A stretch of DNA of 64,000 bases from Lytechinus pictus. Taxonomy: Eukaryota. The stretch spans positions 38,442,001 to 38,506,000 of the forward strand of contig NC_087251.1 of the NCBI RefSeq assembly GCF_037042905.1. The letters are read 5' to 3'. Position 1 is the first letter of the stretch. Every line of letters begins with the position of its first letter. The notes beneath the pieces were generated by a model, which searched no databases, was not told the DNA's origin, and saw only the letters and a list, made by a program, of their open reading frames with translations. Positions 53,119 to 64,000 of this stretch are shown here, in pieces. Both the position numbers and the translations under genes were made by a program.

Positions 53119-54729
53119 GTAAGTCTAGCTTCATCTCTCATTCGTCAGCAAAAGGAGATTAAAACCCTCAAACCAGATTATGAAACAGAAAAACCCAAAG
53201 AAACAGATTAATGAAAGTTTGAGAATAATTGGATAAATAATAAGGAAGTTATGAGCACTTAAATGTTGAGATAATGAATGCTTTTGATATCCTCCCATTG
53301 GCAATGTGAAATGAACATAGATGCCACACATGCATATCTCCCCCTTTACTTGTATACATATTGTACTTAATTCGTCACTTAAGTTAAGTCTATCTGTATA
53401 TCAGTTATTAGTTATTTATTGTAAAGCACTTTGATCATATTTTTGGTAAAGTGCTATATAAGTACCTGTTATGTATGTATGTATATCAGGGACCCGTTGC
53501 ATAAAACTTATGCCATAAAAAAAAAACTCTGGCAAACAAAATTATGCCATTGAAAATTACACATTAAAAAAACTCTGGCAAAAAATTTGCAAGATATTTT
53601 TTAATGGCAAAAACGATGGGAGGGCAATGTAATAAATATTTTTAAGAATATATATCCTTGAAAAAAAATTGGAATTAATTGGAATGAGCAGTTGGGGGGG
53701 GGGTATGAATTTGCCATTATCCAAAGGGGAGATTTATTAATGTTGGATATCACATGTCTTGGTCACATTAATCCCATTTGTAAGATCTCCTTAGCATTAG
53801 TTTTTTGGACAGTCAAATGCTCATAATCTTTTGTATTGTTTGTCCAAGTGTTTTCAAGCTTTCATTGAATTTAAGCTCTGATTGATATGTTTTCATACAA
53901 ACTAACTAATTCCTAGGGTTTCATTCTCCTTTGTTAATAATTGTAGTCTCATCACAGCTTTGTTAACAGATATACAGCAGGATTGCAGCTGTATTCAAAA
54001 GACAAATCATATAAACATGAGTATAATATAAATGTCACAGTGTTTGATGTAGGTCAGGACTTGGGTCATGTATATTGAACCAAGGTCATCCAGTTTGACT
54101 GGAACATTTTGAGCGCTTGTGTATGTTCATACATCAATGTCAGTTTTGAAACCAGTATGAACTATATACATTTGAACTGAGTAATATCAAAAATTCTAAA
54201 TTTCATTTATTTATTTATTTATTTCAAATATTTAAAAGAAGGGTAGCCCAATCAGAAACAAGCTGGTTTTCGTTGGGACCCTTCGTAAACAAACACAAAT
54301 ATAAAACATGGTGACATATTCTGGATCAATAAAAATTAGGAAAACATGATTGAAGTAACTCCTTGACTCTTGTTGCTTTAACAATCAATGTAATGATTTT
54401 TTTTTAATTCAATGTTTAAGATATGTTTAATAATAATAATTATTTTCCAAGTCCTCAGGATGATAGAATGACCGGTATGAAAAGAACTTTGGGGGCCAGA
54501 TGCAGAAAGAGTTGCGTTATAAAGTCAAAATATCAAGCGCAGGTCCCAAATGCATGCTGTTCATTGATTGAAAATCAAGTTGCGTTTGATATTTAGAGTT
54601 GTGTTTGATTGCATCTCTTTCTGCAACTGGCCCCAGAAGTAATAATCTGTACTGTCAGTCTCATGAGAAGTCAATGTTTGAATACTATTTTCTTCCAAGT
54701 TATTCTCTTTCATCCCTTCTTTTCTCCTG

Positions 54730-55220
54730 TATTTATCTGTCTGTACTATCTTCCCTTTTATATTCATCTGTTTATTCATCTATCTATCTTCTCTTTGTAT
54801 TCATCTGTTGATTTATCTATCTATCTTCTCTTTTATATTCATCTGTTGATTCATTTGTCTATCTTCTCTTTCATATTCATTTGTTGATTCATCTATCTTC
54901 GCTTTTATATCCATCTGTTAATCTATCTATCTTCTCTTTTATATTCATCTGTTGATTCATCTATCTTCGCTTTTATATTAATCTGTTTATCTATCTATCT
55001 TTATATCTATCTATCAATCTATCTATTCATATGTTGATTCACCAATGTATCTTTTATATTCATCTGTTCATTCATCTATCTATCTTCTCTTTTATATTCA
55101 TCTGTTCATTCATCTATCTATCTTCTCATTTATATTCATCTGTTCATTCATCTATCAATCTTCTCTTCATATTCACCTGTTTATTAATCTATCAATCTTT
55201 TTTATATTCATCTGTTAATC
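54730..55220. repeat. Pyrimidine-rich degenerate minisatellite (~35-40 bp unit) abutting the PAC-exon acceptor
   Basis: ttcatctatctatcttctcttttatattcatctgtt repeated more than 10 times. Confidence 0.9.
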
Positions 55221-55231
55221 CAATGGTGCAG

Positions 55232-55376
55232 TGATTGTGAAGGGAAGTAGCATGAGCAAGTACTATCGCTTCTTGGGGAAGCTGGGAGAATGGGTGTGGA
55301 TGCAGACGAAGGCCACTATCATCTACAACACAAACAATGTGGCGCAGTATGTGGTCTGCATGAATTATGTTATCGG
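55232..55376 (+). CDS. Exon: PAC motif of PAS-B (not in ORF track)
   Basis: ggtgcag acceptor, GG|gtgagt donor. LIVKGSSMSKYYRFLGKLGEWVWMQTKATIIYNTNNVAQYVVCMNYVIG. Confidence 0.93.
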
Positions 55377-56173
55377 GTGAGTTCAATGCACTTTGTGTTT
55401 CCAGTGAATAATAATGATAATAATACATGTAGTACTGCCACCACCACCACCAGAGGTTGGTAGGTCTGGTTTTGGGGGTTGTGGGTGGGAAGTTCCCTTT
55501 TTTCAATTCGAAATTCTTTTTTTTTGGCCGTTATGATTCCTTCTTTTTTTAGCACAAGGTTGGCAGCTCTGTTGATTAAGCTAAAGAATTATACATTCAT
55601 ATCTTCTGAAGATGACAACTATAAAAGAAACATTTGCCTCATTTTTTATTTTCTGATTTGATTTTGACCCAATATTGTTATCTCAATTATCTGAGTTGAT
55701 ATGTGTAGAAAATTGAGTATTTTATTATGTATATAGGGCCTTTAAAAAGTGCATTTGCCTATTAGAGTGTATTGCATAATACAGCAAAAGCTGACATATT
55801 CCCCATCTAGGTTTATGTAAAAAACTTGCTGCGCAATTTCATGACAGTTGGCAAAGTCTAACACAGTCTAATCAATAAAGATGACAAGAAGTATAATGGA
55901 TGTCTTTTCTTCATAGGATACCAGAAATATTTAACGTTGGGCCGATATTGCACTCATCCCTGAATTGTGCAATATTCCCTAAATCATGGAATATTTCTGG
56001 TAACCCATTTGAGCCTTCGAATATGATATAAATATTCAGGTCTTGGTGAGGATGATGACTTACCTACTTGCTTATTACTTAAAAAACAGGAATGCTATAT
56101 TATTTGAAATGTTATGATGAATTAGTCGGAAGATTAATTCATTTCTCATCTTGGTATCATTTTGGTAATGTAG

Positions 56174-58709
56174 GAAAGACGAAGGTGAACGTCACTTGCT
56201 GATGGAGCAGATGCAGCATTCGTTGCAGGGAGTCCTGATGAGCGATTCGGATAGCTGCGGGTCTCCCTGTACCCCAGGCACACCTGGAACCCCCGGTACC
56301 CCCACCACCCCTGGGACCGGATCGTGCTCGGACTTTGGAGAGGCCTCTCCCAAGATTGTCGAGCTCAAGGAGGAGGAGTTGGCAGAGCTGGTGCCTCAGC
56401 CGGTGAGGGAAAACCAGGTGATCTTGAAACCAGTCGATGAATCAAGCTCGGTGTCCTTCAAGGATCTGATTAAGGAATCTAAGCAATCCAAGGAGGAAGT
56501 CGCAATGGATGTTTGTGTGAAAAGTGATAATGATGAGGAGAGCAAGATGCAATGTGATGACGCGGTTGGTGTTGCTGACAAAGAAAATTGTCAAATGGAG
56601 AGCGATGCCTCGTTTGAGACCATGGAAGACAAGCATCCCTTCGCAGAGGAGATTGTGCCGTTAAGTAAATCTGATTCGCCCGCGAGTGATGTGGACTCAT
56701 TGTCCAGTGGTGGCTCAGGGTCGGTTTGTTCGCCGCCATCTCAAGAGCATAAGAGACTCAGTAGCTTCGGTGAAGCTGAAGAGAGGGAATTGCTGAACTT
56801 GTTAGACATTACGACAGATAAGCCCTTGTCTCCTATGGGTGATCTCTCAAGGATATCGACATTGTCATTTACCGTACCGAGTCCAGATAATCTCAGCCAG
56901 ATTCTTAGTAGTCCGGGCACGACAAGTCTTTGTGCAGACGGAGAGGTTCAAAGTCCCAACATGTCATGGCTGGTGGAAGACGATGAGGTTTTCACTGATA
57001 AGTTAAAGTGTCCGGCCAATAACATTCTTCTGAACTTACTGAATGAACCTCCCATCACAGAAAAAATGATGAAGCATGAAAATGCACATCAAACAATTAA
57101 ACAATTATTACTGTCTTCGGGGAAAAACACAGACACTTGCAGAAATGGGAGTGGGTTGCCAGCTGATCTAGCTGACTTTTCTTTGGAGTACGCTCCGAAT
57201 GGATCATGCAACCAGACACCTGTTACGATTTCACAAGGAGATGAGTTCCTTGGTGGTGTCACCAAGGTTTCTGAAGGAACCACATTGCCAGACATTGTAG
57301 AACCACAAGTTACCAATGCTATGAACTCTGCTTCTTTACAAACTTCTATCTCAGTGGCGCAACCCACCAGCTCTTCTCAGTATTCAGATGCAACTTCTGT
57401 GGTCAACAGCTTTGTGGCCCCTGTATGCAGTGGACAGTCCATCCCACCCACCAGCAATGGTAATCAGGTACCTGTAACCTCCTGCGACTCACATGTTGTT
57501 ACTGAAGGCATGTCTAAGCTGGAAATACAGGACCTTCAGAATCAAAAGACAATGCATTCAATGTTGAAAGCGCTGCTCACAGGAGCTGAAAAGAACCCTC
57601 TGTCCACACAAGTTCGCTCAATTCCTCAACAACTCCAGCTTCCTGTCAGTGATGGTATGGACATCAACGATGTGTTAGGACCCATCACGCCGTCCACTAA
57701 AGCTGCGGTTGATACGTTAGACTCGCTTATCCAGGACCACACCAGTCCTGACAGAGATTTCTCTATCAACAACAACAGGATTAATCACGATGATCTGACA
57801 CTGTTGCAACAACAGCAGCAACAGAAGGAGATCTTGGAAAGGGATTTCATGCGACAGCAGCAAATGTTGCGGGACAATCACCGGCGCCAGCAGCAGATGA
57901 TGGAGGAAGAGCACAGGCGGCAGATCATCCAGCGCCAAGCTTTGCAACAGCAAATGGCCAAACAGGTGCAGCTCAAACTTGTAAATGGGAGTGTTCAGAA
58001 CGGATTGCCGCAAAACATACCGCATAATGGTATCACCCAGAACGGAACGCCGCAAAGCAATCTGCTGCAAAATAACTTGCAGCAACAGAATGGACTACCG
58101 CAGCAGAACGGTCTCGCTGAGCAGAACGGATGTAGCCATGGGCCAAATGAAAATGGACTTGATATCACAGGAATCAGTGATTTTGACTTTCAGCAGCAAT
58201 TGAATGCTGTCATAAATACCCCTCCTCAGCAGCAACAGCAGCAGCAACAAGCAATGTTCCAATCCAATGGTATGTACAATTCCTTGCCAAACTACCACCT
58301 CCCTCCACAACAGCAGAATGGATTCTCCAGGCAACCAGCGCCATACCAGCAAGGAAGCCCTCCCATTGGCCTCTCATCGTCGCAGCCCAACAATTTCCCT
58401 CTTCAGTCCAGCCAGAACTCTAGTTTATTAGCTGCCTGTCTCATGTCTACCTCACAGCATCAACAACCGCAACAGCAGCAGCAACAACAACCCATCCAAC
58501 AGTCGCTTCCACCACTTCCCTTCCAGCACCCCAACAACTCCTCCTCTTCAGGCTTCAACCAGCAGTCCTCGCCCGTCTCGCATACCACGTCAACGTTAGC
58601 CCCGTCAGATTGGCAGGGTAGGGTTTACATGGGTAGATCGACCGGCCCTTCTCCCGACATGAACAGCTTTCCAGAACCATGTGTGCTTGGTCAGCAAATA
58701 CAGTTCTAA
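56174..58709 (+). CDS. Terminal coding exon (2536 nt): acidic/Ser-Pro-rich then Gln-rich putative transactivation region
   Basis: taatgtag acceptor gives G-KDEGERH-LLMEQ in frame with the 837-aa ORF 56196-58709. Elevated GC, poly-Q runs, TAA stop. Confidence 0.92.
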
Positions 58710-59188
58710 GAATATCCATCCTGTTGTGATGCTACAGACACACCAAAGAAACTGACTCCAAACCGACCAGTGACATGCCATTGGTCGGTTTGGAATTGGT
58801 TTCGTCGATGTGACTGTTGCATCACCCATTTATTAACTTTCTTAACAACTCCTTGGGAAATGTTTTATCTAATCCTTAGATCTGTAGATTTGAAAATGAG
58901 ATGTGTGTTTTTTTTTCCAACAATATAAAATAAGTAATTTGTCTCGTAGGCTGTATCATAAATTAGTTCCAGTACCAGTTATTAAACAAACAATTCTCTC
59001 TTTCAGTGATTCATGCAAGAGATGCAAGGTTGCAATATATATATCAAATATAAAGTGAGAGTATGAAAGAGTTTTTGGAAATTCCCGCAAGATTTATATG
59101 CTATGGAATTAAATCAACTTTATGCTAATGGCGATGTGAATGAAAACAAACACATCTGTCATTAATGAACTTATTTTACATTTGAAAG

Positions 59189-59194
59189 AATAAA
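59189..59194 (+). terminator. Candidate polyadenylation signal AATAAA
   Basis: AATAAA about 480 nt after the stop, followed by T/GT-rich sequence. Another lies at 61032, and the true 3' end may be farther downstream. Confidence 0.25.
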
Positions 59195-59701
59195 ATGTTG
59201 TGTTCTATAGAATACAGTGAAAGAAGAAGTCATTAATACTCCTGTCAAAGATTTCAAACATCACATGTTTTAGTTACTTCTCTACATATATCCAGTTCAT
59301 ATAGATTTGATTCGAATGAATGAAGGTTGTCTTGGATTTTATTTTACAAGCAAGTATTTGGAAATAGTATTTACATTTGAGCTTTTTATAAATGTCAAAT
59401 TACTTTGATTGCAACCAATGTGTGATATCTGCAAGACTCTCATACCAAATCATTTTAATCTTTCCTGACTAGACTCTTCATTTAACGAGACCATATCTTT
59501 GAAATGCAGCATTTGTAGGCAAACAGAGTCAAGGATGTCTATGTTTCATAAGCAAATGTTCATGCTATATTACAAAGGCTGTATGACAATTCATTCTTAC
59601 CGATTGGTACAAATCTAAAAGCTCTTCCTTTCTTTTATCTAATTAGTTATTATTACAATGAATTCCCACTATTGTTTCAATACATGGAATAGTAGTCTAC
59701 A

Positions 59702-59900
59702 TGGGCTGTGTGGTCTAGCGGGTAGAGCATTTGGACTCATGATTTTCAGGTAGTGAGTTCAAATCCCTGCTTGGCCATCATCTCCACTTTAACCAAACAG
59801 GCCAGAGAGTGGTTTCTGTCATCTATAATATCAGCCACTAAGACTGATTATCTTAGATGTAAGATGTTTTTGATGTAATCTGTTATACTAGCTTGGAGTA
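59702..59900 (+). mobile_element. tRNA-derived SINE head in the presumptive 3' UTR/downstream region
   Basis: A box tggtctagcgggtagagc and B box gagttcaaatccc at tRNA-like spacing, but the stems do not pair cleanly. Confidence 0.6.
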
Positions 59901-62900
59901 AACCTGCGGTGCCAAGTTCCTATGGGAGTAACCTAGACAGAAAAAATGAATCTTTGCAGATGTTCTTTGACTTGGTAGATAAATGTATATGAAGTATCTC
60001 TAAAAAGAACCTTATATAGCTTGCCCTTATTGGGCAACTTAGTGCTTCTTGATATTGAGTTTGATGCTGCAATTTATTTGTTAAGTGCCTTGTGCATATG
60101 TATAAAATAGGGAACCTATGAAAATGGTTTATAATGAAGATTAAGTATGAGTAACTCATTCAGCTGGAATTACAATTTTTGAAAGATGAGCGGTTGTTTC
60201 ACAAAGTCTTAAGTGTGAATTAGAGTCATGCTTAAACTCCAAGGTGCACATGGTATCGAATGCATAACTTAATTGATAACCACACAGCAGTGCGCGTCCT
60301 CTGGGCATGATTGGTCTATTACAGTGATGCATAATTATATACCACTCGCAAATGGGAATTTAAGTGTGACTTTTCGTCAAACTCAAATCTTTGTGAAACC
60401 CGCCCCTGGTCCCTGTTCCATAAAGACTTACAATTATGGAAGCTTTGCTATTATTGTAGGTACCTACATGTTCCATGGAAACCTTTATTTGGGTTGGATT
60501 CTGAGCCTAGCTGGTTCCACTGTAATTATAATAATGGCAGGGTTACCGTTATCATAAGTCTTCAGGAAACAGGTGCCTGGAGGTATGTTTCACAAATATC
60601 AAGGGTAAATGAAATAGAATGTAATTATGGCAAGTCATTCACTCCGTATTTTCTGGGTGATTTTCTTCAATGAACTATCAAAAATGTAAATTCAGTGGTA
60701 ATTAGGGCCCACAAAATATTCCATTCTTGGGTATATTATTATCTCCTTGTTTAGCAAGATGATAGGAAAATATATCGCCCCCTGATGGTAAAGTCAAGCA
60801 ATTTTTTGCCATGTTTCATTGTCAGGGATAAGAGTATATACTGTAGAGGATAAACATCATTAGGCATTAGTAAGAATGACAAGCACAAGATACCTTTGGA
60901 ATAATTCTAACATGCCAGAGACAGAGCCGAGGGCATTTGGACTTATTTTAATGGTAAAAAAGTATGTGACCATCATTTACCTACCTGCTCCCAGAATTGT
61001 GTATTGAAATTTGGTTCGGATGGCTTGCCATAATAAATTGCCTTCTTTGTCAATTCTTAACTAAACATCAGTTAGAGTGATAAACATAATGCAGAGTTTG
61101 GACATAAAGACGATAGTATTCTGAACTCTTGTTTAACTTAAACTATGGTCTTCGCCTAAGTAATAGGTTGCCAAAAGTGTCAAGACTGCGTTTGCACTCT
61201 AAATTTCTTATCTTATCTTTACTTGGATCTTTATCATGCCTTGGTGGTGGAAAAGACAACAGAAGTTATAAATCCTTGATATTTTTAAAACATTTGCTCA
61301 ATATTTGTATGCCCACGTTTGGCTTTACAAAGTTTAACCAAACATATAGACCATGGTTTAAGTTGCATATGAGTTCAAAATACAGACCAATTCATAATTC
61401 TGCTATGTATGACCACAAAAAAGATATGTTATATTTTAATTTAATCAGATTCAATCAATGTTTCGGTTAAGAAGAGGATGCATATTTTTAATACGTTCTA
61501 TGAATGCAAACTGATGTCAATGCATCACTGTCCAAAGCTTGGAATTCGTTTACAAAAAGTTGATTGATAAGTGGATCCTATTTGCAAGGAAACCAATTAA
61601 ACAAAACTTTCCAATGTTAAAGGGTTTAAAATGCTTTTGGTTCTGTTGTTGTCAGATAAGAATAATGTTTACAAATTACATGATATCAGTTGTATTAAGT
61701 AACACAATGTAAAAACATATATGTTATAAAGGCATTGAAAAACATGTGTAAAATACCAGTATGTGATGGATTTTATTGGTGTAATGTTATCATGCTAAAT
61801 ACTATTGTTTGTGTGTTATTTGCACTGTTCAGTTCGTTAAGAATAGAAAGTAATGATTTCAAAAAAAATCATTGAATATGATTAGCGCCACTTCATGTTT
61901 ATTTTAATGTTTTCTTCAAAATATGCACTCAGAATATATTGTAGCTATCGGAAGATATCTCTTTTGAAAGAAAAGATGCAAATTTCATATTTTGCAGCTG
62001 AGATGGGTTAAGATGTGAGGTTTTCGTTTGAAGGCGACAGTAAGGCAGCTTATACACAAAACAAACTTCTATTTTTGCTTTATGTATGTTGCTATGAAAT
62101 GTCTATGTGGTATGTATAATGAAGGCCATGCTGAGTTTTGGGTCTTGGGGGTTATTGCAAGAAACTTATGTTCAAATCCCAATCATATAAACATTTAACA
62201 TCAATTGCAACACAACAACCGTATTGATTTCAGGATTTCATTGGTCTACTGTGAAACCAGGACCATGCTTTACGAGACTTGTTATAAATGGCAGCTAGTT
62301 TATGAGCTTCTATCATTAACCACTTAAATTGGTGCAATTTGATTGGTTGATATAAAAAAAAATTCATATAGTCCTAACATTTGTTATTGATTTTATAACA
62401 GGTTTGTAAAATGGGGCATGGAGTCCTGTTTCACAAAACTTTCTGTCAATCACAGATGCCAGGTAATGTGTGATAAATATGCTCTTGGCCAATCAAGTAT
62501 CAGGATTTTAGTAGCTTATTACATGGCAGATGCTTGTAAACTACCTGGAGAACTTGCTTTGTGAAACATGGTACAGAAGATCGTGAAAGCAATTTTTTTG
62601 CATTCACACCTGGGCAATTCCATAAAATTATCAACCTTTACGTCCGACCCCCAATTTTCTCAAGTCTTAATTCACTTTTTAAACTGACAGTCATGGTCCT
62701 TTGAGAACATTACAGACTGTCAAAAGAAATCAGAGACAGAAAATTTTGTGTGAAGATCCCACGTATAGGGGGGTCGGACGTACATATTTTATGGAATTGC
62801 AGCGAAAGCGACTCCACACTGACCAAAGCTATTACGTTATTCCCATTGGCATGCCATTAGTCAGGTCAGAGTCAGTTTTGTATGTGCCTGACACCCTATG

Positions 62901-64000
62901 GAGTGTTGCAAGAAACTAGCAATTGATCGCAAGTCAATTTTAGGTCGCAAAGTCAGTTTTAAATCATGCATTTAATTGCAAAATTACAACTGATTGATCT
63001 GCTTCTTGCATCAACAAGTATAAATTTATTTGCTTTATTCAAAGTTGATCTATCAATTGTAAATTTTCATCTGAAATTTGCAATCGATTGCAAATATTTT
63101 CTTGCAACAACCCCCCTTAGACAGGTTAGATATACAGTGGAGGGAACAACAGGAATGAGTGAAATTCCACAAAATACAAATTTCTGTATAAATTCAGCCA
63201 TTGAATTCAACATTCATATGGAACAAAGAGTATATATGTGTCATAAGGTGCAACAAAAATACGTTCAGTAAAAGGTAAGTCCCAATACTAAGCGTAATTG
63301 GGCATTGCAAGAAATTTGCTTTTATTCAAAGTAAACCTGCTTGACTTTTGGCCTTACTCTTGATTTGGAATTGAGTGTAAGTTTGTTGCAACTTCACAAT
63401 AGAAAGTGAGTTGATGTTTGTAGATTGGGTTTCTGGAAGTATATGTATTTTTGTGTAGTGAAATAGAAACGTGCACAATTATGGATCATATAGTATAGTC
63501 TTCTTTACATAGGATTAGACTTATATAAGTAGTGTGCTCATGCATGCTACAAAACACGATGCGAACCAAGTCGTTCTCTCTCACTGTTTCTGTACAGCTG
63601 AATGTAGTATAAAATACTAGTAGTTCCCTATTTTTATGTAAATTCTAGAATCATGTATTTGTGTGATCTATTTACAAATCTGCTATCAACCGTTTTCATT
63701 GTTGTTGTTTTTTTCTTTTTATAAAGGTGTGTGAACTCTCATTGACGATGAGAAATAATATTGAGATATTTTTGGCCATCTTACTGCACTCTCAAAACAA
63801 TTCTACTGTACAACATATATATCTTTCATGTATTGTTTGAAAATCATGTGAAATAATATGAAAATGTTCTAAAATCATGTACATATTACAATGTTATATG
63901 AATGGTTTGTACAGATTGTCTGTAGTACTCTGTACTATAGACAGTATAGTGCACATATTTTTATGCTTTTCTAATCTTGTGCAGAGATTAGATACCATCT

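Larger units (their letters stand above)
26519..58709 (+). other. Gene span: class I bHLH-PAS transcription factor (HIF-alpha/SIM/Trh-related, orthology unresolved), ~1217 aa if the 26519 ATG is used
   Basis: Manual splice join 26519-26526, 31308-31480, 41861-41976, 43792-43881, 45353-45524, 46084-46205, 52215-52399, 53012-53118, 55232-55376, 56174-58709. All introns are GT-AG, phases match (2,1,0,0,1,0,2,1,2) and the 3654-nt join stays open to TAA. Domain order is bHLH, PAS-A, PAS-B/PAC, low-complexity tail. The first exon is the least certain part. Confidence 0.9.

Noticed and set aside
58590..58604. TSTLAP (and SLEYAP at ~57180) as a HIF prolyl-hydroxylation site
   Set aside because: They lack the LxxLAP(Y/F/A) consensus and the acidic downstream context.
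31308..58709. Assigning the symbol HIF1A, SIM, NPAS1/3 (trh), NPAS4 or NCOA
   Set aside because: Diagnostic residues are mixed and the ODD/C-TAD motifs are not visible. Orthology needs a phylogeny.
56396..58829. Antisense ORFs within the terminal exon
   Set aside because: They are shadow ORFs of a GC-richer coding exon with no independent signals.
59702..59776. Functional tRNA gene
   Set aside because: A and B boxes are present, but the acceptor and anticodon stems pair poorly and no T-run terminator follows. It fits a SINE head better.

Overview
AT-rich, repeat-dense eukaryotic (metazoan) genomic DNA. The repeat landscape suggests an echinoderm, probably a sea urchin (inference). The window is essentially one + strand multi-exon gene encoding a class I bHLH-PAS transcription factor of the HIF-alpha/SIM/Trh(NPAS1/3) group. 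Nine coding exons (31308-58709) join by hand through GT-AG boundaries into one open frame: bHLH, PAS-A, PAS-B/PAC, then an ~845-codon single-exon S/P/Q-rich tail. Three candidate upstream exons (1135-1209, 16421-16515, 26519-26526) each end in a phase-2 donor compatible with the bHLH exon. The protein looks like a divergent orphan or HIF-alpha-like member: there is no recognisable LxxLAP degron or C-TAD, but it has several LxxLL motifs and a TP-repeat cluster. Two exon boundaries have been tandemly re-duplicated into decaying arrays. The introns hold many MITEs (several with 3-bp TSDs, some nested), tRNA-derived SINEs, a Tsp/HINE-like element, minisatellites, microsatellites and a ~190-bp palindrome with a hammerhead-like remnant. 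No prokaryotic features, CRISPR arrays, rRNA or convincing tRNA genes were seen.
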